From the NCBI GenBank assembly GCA_037305845.1, contig CP147778.1:3424001-3488000 (forward strand): DNA of 64,000 nt. The letters are read 5' to 3'. Shown piece by piece: positions 32,047 through 42,816 of this stretch (within the stretch, counting starts at the first letter, position 1; every line of letters begins with the position of its first letter). The DNA is from Candidatus Freyarchaeum deiterrae (GTDB lineage: Archaea; Asgardarchaeota; Jordiarchaeia; Jordiarchaeales; Jordiarchaeaceae). The translations under genes were made by a program, and so were the position numbers. Under the pieces are notes generated by a model, which did no database searches, was not told where the DNA came from, and was given only the letters and a program-made list of their open reading frames with translations.

Positions 32047-32162
32047 AGAAGCTCAAGAAAATCACAGTAAAGAAATTAGATGCTAACCAAAATTCCTAAT
32101 CTAAAAACTCGCTTCTTAAATTAAAAAATATGAAAAAATAAAAAGTAAAAATTAAAATTTTT

Positions 32163-33950
32163 TTACGCTTCTTCGGATGCGCCTCTGGCTTTGACTTTTT
32201 CTTCTTCCACTTCCTCGGCTTTGGGTGGTTCGATTCCCTCTAGCCATACTGAAAGGATTAGTCCTAGGTCAGGTGGTGATAGGTTCGCTTCCTGATCTAT
32301 TATTACGTCTATTACGGCGGGTTTGTTTGATTTCACTGCTCTCTGTAAGGCTGGTCGAATCTCTCCCGGTTCTTCCACGCGTTCTCCATAGCATCCCATG
32401 GCTTGAGCCACAAGGTCGTACCTTATGTCTGTGAAGTCGACTCCTATGTATCTCTCTCCAAAGCTGAGTTTTTGTCCGCCCTTTATCATCCCCCACTGGC
32501 GATCGTTGTTTATGATAACAACTATTGGTACGCCCAATCTCGCAGCAGTTTCCAATTCATGAATCTGAAGCGTGAAGGAACCGTCCCCACAAACAGCGTA
32601 TACTGGCCTTTTGGGTTCTGTGAGTTTCGCTGCTATCGCGTAGGGGAGTCCTACTCCCAAGTGTCCCGAGTCCGCTGCTTGCAGAAATGTTCCGGGCTCG
32701 TATATTTTGTTTACGTAAGTATACCATAATGTGGTATTTCCTCCATCTACAACGCATATTGCGTTTTTGGGGAAGAACTCTCTCGCCTCTTTGATAACTC
32801 TCAAGGGGTGAATAGGCTTCATGTCTGATTCCGCAAAATCTTTAACGCTTGCAAATTGCATTTCTTGAACCTGCCTGCAGGCCTGTATATTGGGATTGGG
32901 GGGTCTCTTGTTGGTCGTTTTTTTGACTTCTTCAATTATCGCTCTCAGAGTGGCTTTGGCGTCTCCCACGATGGCAACATCCACATCGCGGTTTACTCCT
33001 ATCATTTGGGGGTCGATGTCTATTTGGATGAATTTCTGTTCCTCAGGGGTCTTCCATGCGGGTGGTTGACCCCAGAAATCATAATCACACAAGCTGCTTC
33101 CCACAACTAGAACAGTGTCTGCTTGAGTTTGGGCGGTTAGCGCCCCGTACGTGGCAGCTGTGAAGTACAGAGGGTGATCAGTTGGTAGGGCGTCTCGGGC
33201 GCACACGGTTCCAGTAACCGCTGCTCCCAAATGTTCGGCGAGCTCCGCGATTTCTTTACTGGCTTTTGACCGCATGACCCCTCCACCAGGGTGGATAAGG
33301 GGGAACTTTGCTTCCACGAGCATTTTTGCAGCCTGTTTCACAAGCTCCGGGTTCCCAACAGGGGGTTTAGTCGCGCGGTATCTTTCCACTGGGGCGATGC
33401 GAACACTTTCTTCGGGTCCAGTTTCAAACAGAATGTTTACGGGAATGTCGAGGTGCACTGGTCCCGGTTGGCCGGCGGTTGCGTTGCGGAATGCCTGCCG
33501 CACCAATTCCGGTATCCTCTTCCAGTGGGAAATCATGGCGTTCCATTTCACCACTCCCTTGAATAGCGCAAGTTGGTCTAATCCCTGAGTAGACCCGTGG
33601 TCGGGGTATGATTTCCATGTCTGGTTCTGCACTGTCAGCACCACCATGGGGATGCTGTCCGCGTAAGCGGGGTAAACTCCAGGGACTAGGTCGACGGCTC
33701 CTGGGCCTACTGTTCCCAGGCATACTCCTGGATTACCGGTGAGGCGGGCGTAGGCGTCTGCCATGTGGGCTGCTGATTGTTCGTGTCTGGTTCCTACGTA
33801 TTCTACTCCTAGGTTTTTTCCCTCTCTATATAGTGCGTCCATGAAGGGTAGCCATTGTCCTCCAACAATCCCGAATATGAAGCGCACCTTTTCTTGAGCT
33901 ATACACCTTAGAAGTAAATCTCCTCCAGAAATATTCAAATCGTTACACAC
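32163..33950 (-). CDS. TPP-dependent enzyme (acetolactate synthase / 2-hydroxyacyl-CoA lyase family)
   Basis: RHEQSAAHMA, GPVHLDIP, GDGSF...NND TPP-binding motif. Confidence 0.9.
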   Translation of the reverse strand: MCNDLNISGGDLLLRCIAQEKVRFIFGIVGGQWLPFMDALYREGKNLGVEYVGTRHEQSAAHMADAYARLTGNPGVCLGTVGPGAVDLVPGVYPAYADSIPMVVLTVQNQTWKSYPDHGSTQGLDQLALFKGVVKWNAMISHWKRIPELVRQAFRNATAGQPGPVHLDIPVNILFETGPEESVRIAPVERYRATKPPVGNPELVKQAAKMLVEAKFPLIHPGGGVMRSKASKEIAELAEHLGAAVTGTVCARDALPTDHPLYFTAATYGALTAQTQADTVLVVGSSLCDYDFWGQPPAWKTPEEQKFIQIDIDPQMIGVNRDVDVAIVGDAKATLRAIIEEVKKTTNKRPPNPNIQACRQVQEMQFASVKDFAESDMKPIHPLRVIKEAREFFPKNAICVVDGGNTTLWYTYVNKIYEPGTFLQAADSGHLGVGLPYAIAAKLTEPKRPVYAVCGDGSFTLQIHELETAARLGVPIVVIINNDRQWGMIKGGQKLSFGERYIGVDFTDIRYDLVAQAMGCYGERVEEPGEIRPALQRAVKSNKPAVIDVIIDQEANLSPPDLGLILSVWLEGIEPPKAEEVEEEKVKARGASEEA

Positions 33951-34301
33951 CTCTCAAAATAGGATTTTCAAAATATGGTTGTAATTTTATAGTTCTCTAA
34001 TTTATTATTTCTTTGGGTTTCCATCAAAGGTTTTCAATAATCCAAAATTTACCGAGGTAATTTTTACTGAATCTATCTTTCCCAGTGAAAAAAGATTCTT
34101 ATGCACTATTTGGTATTAGAACTTGTTGGGAATTGAAAGTTAAAAAAATTTAAAAAGGTATTTTGAACTTTTTACATAAAGTATAGAGGAATAATTTTCC
34201 AATACTTAAATATGCTATGATTCATTTTGAAATTTAGAATATAAATAACATAGTGATTCATCAATTGGATTAGAATTAAGGCACTGGGAGAATTAGATGA
34301 G

Positions 34302-36839
34302 GTGGAATTTATGGAAGGATTAGAGAAGCTAGGTGTATTCTATTTAGGTAAGGAATACGATTTAGAAGAAAAAAAGATTATTGATCGTCCTGTAATGTAC
34401 GATGCCCGTGATCTAACTACACATGCGGTCTGTGTGGGTATGACAGGCAGCGGCAAGACAGGACTCTGCATTGCTCTGCTAGAGGAAGCGGCAATCGACA
34501 GTGTGCCCGCAATTATTATTGACCCCAAAGGTGATATAACCAATCTGCTACTCAACTTTCCTGAGCTGCGGCCGGAGGATTTTCAGCCTTGGATTAATAT
34601 GGATGATGCGCGCCGCAAGGGAATGAGTGTGGAAGAGTATTCTAAGAAGGTCGCTACTGACTGGCGCAATGGACTCGCCGAGTGGGGTGAGGGCCCGGAG
34701 CGTATCCAACGTCTTAAAGACAGCGCCGAATTCTTGATTTATACCCCTGGCTCAGATACTGGCTTGCCAGTTAATATTCTGCACTCCTTTGACGCCCCAG
34801 AACTAGATTGGGAAGAAAACAAGGAATTGTTGCGAGAGAAAATTCAAGGCACTGTTTCAGCGATACTAGGTTTGGTGGGCATAGAGGCTGATCCTGTACG
34901 CAGCCGTGAGCACATTCTGCTCTCAAACATATTTGAGTACGCCTGGCGTAAAGGAGAAAATCTAGACATTGCCAAGCTAATCACCATGGTGCAAAATCCA
35001 CCTATGCGCAAGCTGGGGGTTTTTCAGATGGATACTTTCTACCCCGAGAAGGAACGCTTTGAATTAGCTATTGCACTAAACAACCTCCTTGCTGCCCCCG
35101 GTTTCGAACGTTGGTTGGAGGGGCAACCGCTGGACATCGGAAAGATCCTATACGGACCTAGCGGCAAGCCCCGTATGGCCATCTTTTACACCGCGCATCT
35201 TAATGATGCTGAGCGTATGTTCTTTGTTACACTATTATTGCAGCAGGTTCTGACCTGGGTGCGGAGTCAGCCTGGCACTACCAGCCTGCGGGCGCTGGTT
35301 TATTTCGACGAAGTGTTCGGTTACTTCCCGCCGGTGGGTGAGCCGCCTTCTAAGCGGCCACTACTTACACTGCTCAAGCAGGCGCGGGCCTTTGGTTTAG
35401 GCTTGGTGCTGACCACGCAGAATCCCGTAGACTTGGACTACAAAGGGCTGACTAATGCAGGCACTTGGTTTATTGGTAAACTGCAAACGGAAAGGGACAA
35501 GGCACGTGTGCTTGAAGGTGTAGAAAGCGTTGTGTCCGCATCAGGAACAACCCTTGACCGCAACTATCTTGATAAGCTCATCTCCTCGCTTGGTTCTAGG
35601 GTATTCCTGCTGCATAATATTAACGAGGAAAAGCCCATTGTTTTTCAAACTCGGTGGGCTATGAGCTACCTGCGTGGGCCTCTAACTCGCAGTCAGATAA
35701 AGCAACTAATGAAGAACATAAAAGAACAGGAAGGGATCCCTAGTATTCCAAGCACTCCTGAGGTTAAGATTAAAGCTAGAGCTGCAGCACCCTCTTCTAG
35801 GGAAGAGCTACCCGCGGGCCTCAGTTCTCAACCTCCGGCTTTGGCACCTGGTATTGAACAGGTTTTTCTGCCCGCACTGCTTTCGCTAGAGCAGGCAGTA
35901 CTTCAATTGAAAAAAAGAGAAGGTTCTTCCTTGAATATGAAGGGGGATCGATTGATTTATGAACCGGCACTTTTAGGCATGGCTGACATAAATTTTATCG
36001 ACCGCAAATACAATTTTAGTGAAAGCCGTAAAGTGACGCTATTGTTGGAGGTGCCTGAATCACAAGGATTGCTAAAATGGGAAGAGGCTGAATCGTTGAA
36101 TATCTCCCCTAAAAAACTCGCTAATAAACCCTTGGGCGAAGCGTTGTTTTCTGAAGTACCTGCCTCAGTAAGCGATGCTAGTAAGCTAAAAATTCTGGCA
36201 AAAGACTTCACCGATTACCTCTATCGTAATCAGGCAGTAGTGTTGTACTACAACCCATCTCTAAACCTTTATTCTAAGCCTAACGAGGCTCAAGGAGAGT
36301 TCACGGTACGCTGTCGCGAGGTGGCGCGAGAAAAAAGAGATTCCGAAGTGGACACGATGTCGGATCAGTACAAACGAATGACTGATAAGTTGCAGGGCCA
36401 AATGACACTGAAGAAGCGAAAGCTAGCAAAGGTAAAGAGTGAATACGACACCCGCAAAAGAGAGGAGTTCTTTGCCACAGGAGATGCAGTGATTGAATTA
36501 ATCAAGGGCCGAAGAAGTCAGGCTCTCTCTACGATATCTCGTAAGAAACAGGTAACCGGCCAAGTCAAAGCAAAAGTTCAAGATTCAAAGGACACTATTT
36601 CCGATTTGCAAGATGATATCGCTAAGTTGCAGGCGGAACTTAATAAAAAGATAGAGGGTATTACTCGTAGCTGGGATAATGTCTTGAAAGATATACAAGA
36701 AATTCGGATTACGCCCCGCAAAACTGACATAGGTGTGGAACTCTTTGCATTAGCATGGGCCCCAAAGTGGGAAATAACTTACAAGGATGCTAATGGAAGG
36801 GAGCGTACTGATGACATTCACGCATACACAGCACCCTGA
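34302..36839 (+). CDS. HerA/FtsK-like ATPase (DUF87/DUF853-type) with C-terminal coiled coil
   Basis: HAVCVGMTGSGKT, IIDPKGD, YFDEVF, KQARAFG, TTQNP. Confidence 0.85.
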   Translation: MEFMEGLEKLGVFYLGKEYDLEEKKIIDRPVMYDARDLTTHAVCVGMTGSGKTGLCIALLEEAAIDSVPAIIIDPKGDITNLLLNFPELRPEDFQPWINMDDARRKGMSVEEYSKKVATDWRNGLAEWGEGPERIQRLKDSAEFLIYTPGSDTGLPVNILHSFDAPELDWEENKELLREKIQGTVSAILGLVGIEADPVRSREHILLSNIFEYAWRKGENLDIAKLITMVQNPPMRKLGVFQMDTFYPEKERFELAIALNNLLAAPGFERWLEGQPLDIGKILYGPSGKPRMAIFYTAHLNDAERMFFVTLLLQQVLTWVRSQPGTTSLRALVYFDEVFGYFPPVGEPPSKRPLLTLLKQARAFGLGLVLTTQNPVDLDYKGLTNAGTWFIGKLQTERDKARVLEGVESVVSASGTTLDRNYLDKLISSLGSRVFLLHNINEEKPIVFQTRWAMSYLRGPLTRSQIKQLMKNIKEQEGIPSIPSTPEVKIKARAAAPSSREELPAGLSSQPPALAPGIEQVFLPALLSLEQAVLQLKKREGSSLNMKGDRLIYEPALLGMADINFIDRKYNFSESRKVTLLLEVPESQGLLKWEEAESLNISPKKLANKPLGEALFSEVPASVSDASKLKILAKDFTDYLYRNQAVVLYYNPSLNLYSKPNEAQGEFTVRCREVAREKRDSEVDTMSDQYKRMTDKLQGQMTLKKRKLAKVKSEYDTRKREEFFATGDAVIELIKGRRSQALSTISRKKQVTGQVKAKVQDSKDTISDLQDDIAKLQAELNKKIEGITRSWDNVLKDIQEIRITPRKTDIGVELFALAWAPKWEITYKDANGRERTDDIHAYTAP

Positions 36840-36989
36840 GCTCCTTACTTATTACTATTATGATTCTATAAGCTCGCTTAATCGATTCTCCCAAGACTTT
36901 CCAGAATTTAAACCCTAAAAAACAATCTTCCTGCACAAATGAAAACACCTATAAAATCCAACAATAAAAATATTCTAAGGCGGTAGCGT

Positions 36990-37958
36990 TTGAATATTAA
37001 GGACATTTGTGCAAAGCTCAGACGTTTACTGGAAGACTCCGTTAAAAGAAACCTTGCTGATGGTATACTGCTCTCAGGAGGCCTAGACACCTCCATAATA
37101 GCAACATTAGCATCCAAACATCGGAAGTTGAAGGCGTTTACTGTGGCTTTCGAGGAAGCCCCCTCGCCAGACATCGAATACGCGAAGCAAATCGCTGAAA
37201 AACTGAAACTGGAACACACCATCTACGAGATGAGCATGGATAAGATTTACGCGGAGCTTCCCACAGTTATTATTGCAATGAATTCTTTCGACCCTATGGA
37301 GATACGGAACAGTATTGTTATCCTAGTGGGCTTAGAAGCAGCAAATGAAGCAGGGGTCAACACAATACTCACCGGAGATGGAGCCGACGAACTCTTCGCA
37401 GGCTACAGCTTCCTCTTCAAATATTCCAAAGAAGAACTGAAACGTGAACTCCAAAAACTATGGGAAAACATGCATTTCTCAACAAGGGATCTTGCGGCGC
37501 ATCTCAACATGGAAGCCAAGCTACCCTACTTGGATGAAGCCTTCCAGTCCTTCGCAAAACAGATAGACCCAGAACTCAAAGTCCATAAAGAAAAAGAAGG
37601 CATGATTGGAAAATGGATTCTCAGAAAAGCCTTCGAGGAAATCCTGCCACAAAACATCGTCTGGAGAGTAAAAACCCCCATAGAGCAGGGCTCAGGAACA
37701 GCTTACCTACCCAAAATATTTAGCCAGTTAATTTCGGACACAGAATTTGAGGAGAAAAAGCAAAAAATATTGCAAGAGGATCATGTTGAGATTAGAGACA
37801 AGGAACAATTAACCTACTATGAGATATACCGCTGCGAGATAGGCGTCCCCTCCTCCAAGAAAAAAGAAGGAAGAAAATGTCCAAAATGCAACTCGAATGT
37901 CCCTAAAAACGCCACCTACTGTAGAACCTGCGGAGCTTACCCTATCTCACGCTCATAG
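36990..37958 (+). CDS. Asparagine synthase-like PP-loop protein lacking the glutaminase domain, C-terminal zinc ribbon
   Basis: LSGGLDTS, TGDGADELFAGY, KWILRKAF, CPKC...CRTC. Confidence 0.85.
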   Translation: MNIKDICAKLRRLLEDSVKRNLADGILLSGGLDTSIIATLASKHRKLKAFTVAFEEAPSPDIEYAKQIAEKLKLEHTIYEMSMDKIYAELPTVIIAMNSFDPMEIRNSIVILVGLEAANEAGVNTILTGDGADELFAGYSFLFKYSKEELKRELQKLWENMHFSTRDLAAHLNMEAKLPYLDEAFQSFAKQIDPELKVHKEKEGMIGKWILRKAFEEILPQNIVWRVKTPIEQGSGTAYLPKIFSQLISDTEFEEKKQKILQEDHVEIRDKEQLTYYEIYRCEIGVPSSKKKEGRKCPKCNSNVPKNATYCRTCGAYPISRS

Positions 37959-38240
37959 ATTCTAAATCTCGAGTAAGTAGTGCTGCTGAAAATCGGATTT
38001 TTAACAATAAAAAAATAGAGCGGATGTTTTGCATGCTTCAATCTGGAGAATTATATTTCTCTGGAGGAATAGATAACTATCGCCAATGAATTTTTCAAGT
38101 CTATTAGAGGAAGTGTAGGTGGACGAAAAAATGGAAGCAGAAACCTTACTGCTATCATGTTACCTGAAAAACTTGGCCGCGTTTAAAAGAGCTTATGTCA
38201 ACACCCGTGGTAGCACAAATAATAAACTTAATATATAGGG

Positions 38241-38999
38241 GTGAACAGAAAGGAAGGCAGAATATTAGGAGTGGCGAAAAGGAAATTGCCTAGAACTGCA
38301 TTGCTGACTGGGTCAGTTGGAGGAGTATTTGGAGCCATAGCGGGCAGTATAGGGGTAATATGGAGCATAGTAGACTTGGTATATGTGATGGAGTTAGCTA
38401 GAGCGATGAAAGACTCCCTCCTCACGATAGTTGATATTTTTAGATACTCGCCCACTTTAATGTTTTTTTACGGATCAAGCTTTGCTCCTATAAATGGACT
38501 TTTTTTCGAGTTTTCGCTCATACTGGCCATACTTCTCATAGCTGGCGGCATTTTCACCGGCGTGGGCTTCTACGGCGTACGCAAAGCGGGAGCAGGCACA
38601 ATGGGCTCTGTTGGACTCGTCTCCGGAATCATTGGAGGTACAGCTGGTGGCTTATTCCTAATTCTGGGAAATTTAATACCTGCATCGCTTAATCTAGCCT
38701 ACTTTGTAACCATTTCAGTGCCAAATTATCTTCTCATCTTTATAGGTTTTGCAATACTCGGGGTTTCCCTTATCCTGATGGGTGTGTCCAGCATAGTTGT
38801 ACGCTATGTAACCGAACATTCTTCGGCTGCCGTAGTCGCAGGAGTCCTGAGCATAGTAGGAGGCTGCCTTCTTCCTTTTTACATCGCAACTTCGCTCATA
38901 AGTATAGGTGGAGACCTCATGGTACTAACTGGCTTCGCTTTTATAATATCGGCTTTCACAATTTGGGCCATTGTTTTCTACCGCTCCAGAAACATTTAA
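38241..38999 (+). CDS. Multi-pass membrane protein of unknown function
   Basis: ~6 Gly-rich TMs. Confidence 0.75.
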   Translation: MNRKEGRILGVAKRKLPRTALLTGSVGGVFGAIAGSIGVIWSIVDLVYVMELARAMKDSLLTIVDIFRYSPTLMFFYGSSFAPINGLFFEFSLILAILLIAGGIFTGVGFYGVRKAGAGTMGSVGLVSGIIGGTAGGLFLILGNLIPASLNLAYFVTISVPNYLLIFIGFAILGVSLILMGVSSIVVRYVTEHSSAAVVAGVLSIVGGCLLPFYIATSLISIGGDLMVLTGFAFIISAFTIWAIVFYRSRNI

Positions 39000-39207
39000 G
39001 GAAAAGATAGCAGTAATAAGAGACGCAAGGAATTGGGGGTTCCGGGGTCTCGTCTGGATTTTTCAGATATTAGTGTCTTCTTTTGCTAAGTTGTCTCCTT
39101 TCCTGTTTCAGAAAGATATTTTAACCTTATCCCCTTTTTCTATTACCGAAATCGGGAGTTTTCTCGAGATTCCTTTTAGGAGGAGCATTAGGTTTAACTG
39201 GTAACCT

Positions 39208-40458
39208 ATGAGATATTTTCGAGGTGGTTTTATGAAGATTGTGATTATTGGTTTCAGTTTAGCGGGCTATACTGCGTCTAGATATATTTTAATGAACGCC
39301 CCTAAGACTGAGATGGAGATTTTCGATCAGGATAAATATCCTTATTATCCTCGTCCTTCCCTTTACGAGGTTTTATCCGGAGAATCACCTACTGATAAAA
39401 TTATTCTTCATCCAGCTGAATGGTATGAGGAACGCGGGATTAAACTACATTTGGGTGTATCCGTAAAATCTATTAAACCCACGGATAAGGAGATTGTTCT
39501 GGCCGATGGCGAAACAGTTTCATATGATAAACTTCTCATAGCTAACGGGGCTCGCCCATCAATCCCTCCGTTGAAGGGTACTGATAAAAAAGGAGTCTTC
39601 GCCATCAGAACTATTGATAATGTTCTAGCCATAAGAGAGTACGCTAAGGGTAAGAAGAATGCGGTTGTTATAGGAGGAGGTTTGCTAGGATTAGAGGCGT
39701 CTGATGCTCTGGGGAAGCTTGGTCTAAAAACTACGGTACTTGAATTCGCTCCTTGGCTTCTTCCCCGACAAATAGACCGTGAGGGTTCAGATTTGCTCAT
39801 TAGCGAATTCGAAAAAAGGGGAGTGGAAACCAAGTGCGGAGCGGAAACCGAAGAGATTACTGGAGATACCAGTGTTACAGGAGTAAAAGTAAAGGGCGGA
39901 TACACTATTCCCGCACAACTCGTCGTATTCGCCACCGGTATACGGAGCAACACTGAACTACCCAAAGTAGCAGGCATAAACGTGAATAAGGGAGTCATTG
40001 TAGACGACCATCTACGAACCAACATAGAGGACATCTATGCTGCAGGAGATGTAGCCGAGCACAAGGGAAGAGTGTACGGCATAATACCAGCCACCACCGA
40101 GCAGGCTCAGATAGCAGCGGCAAACATGATAGGAAAAGAAACCAGTTACAATGGAACCGTTGCTTTAAACACACTGAAAGTTGCGGAATACGATCTGACC
40201 TCAATAGGCCTAGTTAACCCCGAAAGTAACGAATACGAACAAATCCGAAAGGTGGACGCCGACAAGTGCATCTACAAAAAAATAGTTCTAAAAGAAGGAA
40301 AAATCGTGGGAGCAATGCTGATCGGTGACCGAAAGATAGTGAAACCCATGACCGACATAATCTCAAGAGGAATAAACGTTGAGGAAGTTAAACAGGAAAT
40401 ACTAGAAGAAGATTTCGACTTCAAACAGTTCATCGAAAAAAACAGCCCAAAACCTTGA
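39208..40458 (+). CDS. NAD(P)H/FAD oxidoreductase (rubredoxin reductase / NirB N-terminal-like)
   Basis: YDKLLIANG, VIGGGLLGLE, IYAAGDVAE; likely start MKIV at 39232. Confidence 0.9.
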   Translation: MRYFRGGFMKIVIIGFSLAGYTASRYILMNAPKTEMEIFDQDKYPYYPRPSLYEVLSGESPTDKIILHPAEWYEERGIKLHLGVSVKSIKPTDKEIVLADGETVSYDKLLIANGARPSIPPLKGTDKKGVFAIRTIDNVLAIREYAKGKKNAVVIGGGLLGLEASDALGKLGLKTTVLEFAPWLLPRQIDREGSDLLISEFEKRGVETKCGAETEEITGDTSVTGVKVKGGYTIPAQLVVFATGIRSNTELPKVAGINVNKGVIVDDHLRTNIEDIYAAGDVAEHKGRVYGIIPATTEQAQIAAANMIGKETSYNGTVALNTLKVAEYDLTSIGLVNPESNEYEQIRKVDADKCIYKKIVLKEGKIVGAMLIGDRKIVKPMTDIISRGINVEEVKQEILEEDFDFKQFIEKNSPKP

Positions 40459-40565
40459 AACAGAAATAATAGGCTAAATCAGAACCATTAACCTAAAACT
40501 AGCTCTTTTTCCAAATTTTTTCACGATTCGTAATCTTTATTACATCTTGTAAGATATGTAGACTT

Positions 40566-41429
40566 ATGTCTAGACCTATTTTCCTCAATGTAGGTTATGA
40601 TAATAACGGTAACTTCATTCCCCTACAATATGAAAACGTAGGCATCACAATTGAACACGTGAAATTCGAGAAAGACTCGGGAAGACTGACGGTGTCCGAT
40701 GTTCGCGTCGTTTGGCACAAAGATAAAAGCAGGAAAAAAGAAATCCTCAAAGAGGCTCTGCAGGTAGCGGCGGTAGTTGGCGCAGTAGCTTTAGCCGCTG
40801 CAGCCGGAGGAAGCATGGGACGTGGTGGACGTAGTTGGGCTGGCAATGCCATTGGAAACGCCATGACCGGTGCTGCCTTTGGTTTAGGCGCAGGACTGAT
40901 ATTCCATTCCATGGGTAGAAACGATTTCGAGAATAAGGATAAAGAGGGGAAGCTCGACTCCATAGCAATTCCTCTGGCTTCGATTAAAGACATTCAAACT
41001 GACAGTAAAGGTTTTATCTTATTTTTAGCAAGCGGCGACACCATGGTTTTTGAAGTAAAGGAAACAAAATACTTGCCCGCAATTAAAGCGACGATAATAA
41101 TGAAGAAAGACGAAGGAAAATGCCCATACTGTGGAACAATTGTGCCCCCTGGTAACACAGCATGCCCATCATGTGGAGCACCAGTTAGAGGATCTATAGC
41201 ACCACCATCTCCCGGAGGAGCACCCAGGCCTAGTGCACCTGTGCAGGTTGGCGTACAGGGATCTGCGGCGCAGACAGTAAAATGCGTTAATTGTGGTAGA
41301 ATGGTTCCGTTCTCAAGGTTTTGTCCCGTGTGCGGATCCCCATTAGAAAGTTTCTGTCCTCACTGTGGGAAAGCTATCCCATCAGATGTGCATGGAGAGT
41401 TCTGTCCATTCTGTGGTGGTAAGATCTAA
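40566..41429 (+). CDS. Zinc-ribbon protein with PH-like N-domain, Gly-zipper insert and Pro-rich linker
   Basis: Six CxxC motifs; GRLTVSDVRVVW...AIPLASIKDI; PPSPGGAPRPSAP. Confidence 0.78.
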   Translation: MSRPIFLNVGYDNNGNFIPLQYENVGITIEHVKFEKDSGRLTVSDVRVVWHKDKSRKKEILKEALQVAAVVGAVALAAAAGGSMGRGGRSWAGNAIGNAMTGAAFGLGAGLIFHSMGRNDFENKDKEGKLDSIAIPLASIKDIQTDSKGFILFLASGDTMVFEVKETKYLPAIKATIIMKKDEGKCPYCGTIVPPGNTACPSCGAPVRGSIAPPSPGGAPRPSAPVQVGVQGSAAQTVKCVNCGRMVPFSRFCPVCGSPLESFCPHCGKAIPSDVHGEFCPFCGGKI

Positions 41430-41463
41430 TACTAAAAAGTGCGAAATGAAGGTATAGACCTCC

Positions 41464-41490
41464 GTGAGGGAACCGCCTCACTTTTTATTT
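41464..41490 (+). terminator. Hairpin plus T-tract between convergent genes
   Basis: gtgagg-gaaccg-cctcac followed by tttttattt. Confidence 0.4.
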
Positions 41491-41593
41491 TGGCTATGAA
41501 ACAAACATTTTTGCTGGAGTTATTTCTTGTTCTGGCGCACTTTAATAACTTGAACTTGGCTACTCAAAAAAAGGGTAAAAAAAGTGCGGTAAT

Positions 41594-42406
41594 TTATTTT
41601 ATTTTTGCCTTCAGGCTTCTTTCTTTCGTGGATTTTTCTTTTTTCAGTACAAGCTTATCGAATACTCCGAAGATTCCTAAAGCAAAAAACACTGCAGCTA
41701 CTATCATTACTGATGCGCTTATATCTCCGCTTGCACTTAGCAAGAGGTTTATGTCAGCGACTATGACGCCTATGGCAAAACCCAGAGACCTACCACTTCT
41801 GTTTTTCCAAGTTAGAAAAGAGAAGAGGATTATTGCAGGAATTGAGAGTCCAAGCATGTAAAAAGGTAAAACGGTTAAGTAAGCTTGCGGAATTAATGGT
41901 GGTATCGGGTCTAATAGGGAATTTAGCACGCCAATGAAAGGATCGGTGGTTATTAACGATACCAATGTCGGGCTTACATCCTTGAAAACTATTAACCAAG
42001 GGTTGTCTAAAAAGACACCTGTAACTAGGTATGAAACGTACCTAATGAGGTAAACTGTCATTGATCGGGCCGAATCTACGAGATATATGTGAATTAGCCC
42101 TATTGAAACAATTAACAGTGGGAGTAAGTAGAGTTCCTTAATGCCTATCATCACTAGGGCAATTAGTAGCAAAATCCCGAAAATGGTTAAAGCGGCGAAT
42201 ATTATATCCCAATTACTGCTGATTGGTAGAACACCTGTAAGAGCGAGGTAGTAGCCGAAATAGAATATCGAACCGAAAGCGAAAAATGCGATTAAGAGCA
42301 GCGTGATGTTTATCCTTTTTTTTCGGTAATGGTTGGCTAGGTAAACAACGCAGACCGCGTAAATAGCTGAAATTATGAGAAGTAAAAATGGATCCAATAT
42401 TACCAC
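41594..42406 (-). CDS. Putative 7TM membrane protein, copy A
   Basis: Seven hydrophobic segments; shares ELYLLP, WKNRSGRSLGFA and FALGIFG with 43224..44021. Confidence 0.8.
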   Translation of the reverse strand: MVILDPFLLLIISAIYAVCVVYLANHYRKKRINITLLLIAFFAFGSIFYFGYYLALTGVLPISSNWDIIFAALTIFGILLLIALVMIGIKELYLLPLLIVSIGLIHIYLVDSARSMTVYLIRYVSYLVTGVFLDNPWLIVFKDVSPTLVSLITTDPFIGVLNSLLDPIPPLIPQAYLTVLPFYMLGLSIPAIILFSFLTWKNRSGRSLGFAIGVIVADINLLLSASGDISASVMIVAAVFFALGIFGVFDKLVLKKEKSTKERSLKAKIK

Positions 42407-42816
42407 ATCTCCTTTTCTTTATTACTCATCTTTTCGATTTTTTCTTGACTTTTGTCCTTCACCTTGATAAATTTTTCAAGAGCGTAAAACTCTGAAAGGG
42501 CGTTTATTCTACCCTTTAGGTTTATAGCGGCGAGCCTGGCAATGTGGGGATCTTCCATAACAACTATGACGCCAGTTTTCTCTGTGACCTTCATGAGGAA
42601 CGAGTTATTGTTGTGAATAGTGTCACCTACGTGCATTTCCGAAAGGGGGAACATTTTGTAGTAAGCAATAAACTCCTTGGGAACACTCCCCTTTTCACCC
42701 CATAAATCAAAGTTTATGTCAACTATGGCTAATGCTTCAGGTTTCCAATTACCCCCGTTTCTCTCAACCTGTTCAATCATTTTATCAACACTAGACTCCG
42801 CCAAGACTAGTCCCAA
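42400..42816 (-). CDS. Small soluble protein (roadblock/profilin-like), copy A
   Basis: WKPEALAIVDIN...FPLSEMHVGDTIHN..SFLMKVTEKTGVIVVM...INLKGRINALSEFY; stop overlaps the 7TM start. Confidence 0.78.
   Translation of the reverse strand: MGLVLAESSVDKMIEQVERNGGNWKPEALAIVDINFDLWGEKGSVPKEFIAYYKMFPLSEMHVGDTIHNNNSFLMKVTEKTGVIVVMEDPHIARLAAINLKGRINALSEFYALEKFIKVKDKSQEKIEKMSNKEKEMW

Noticed and set aside
36990-37958. Lasso peptide cyclase
   Set aside because: No precursor, leader peptidase or RRE gene nearby
39408-40034. Long antisense ORFs (also 11646..12134, 31536..31997, 46113..46547, 56211..56708)
   Set aside because: Overlap well-supported genes on the opposite strand
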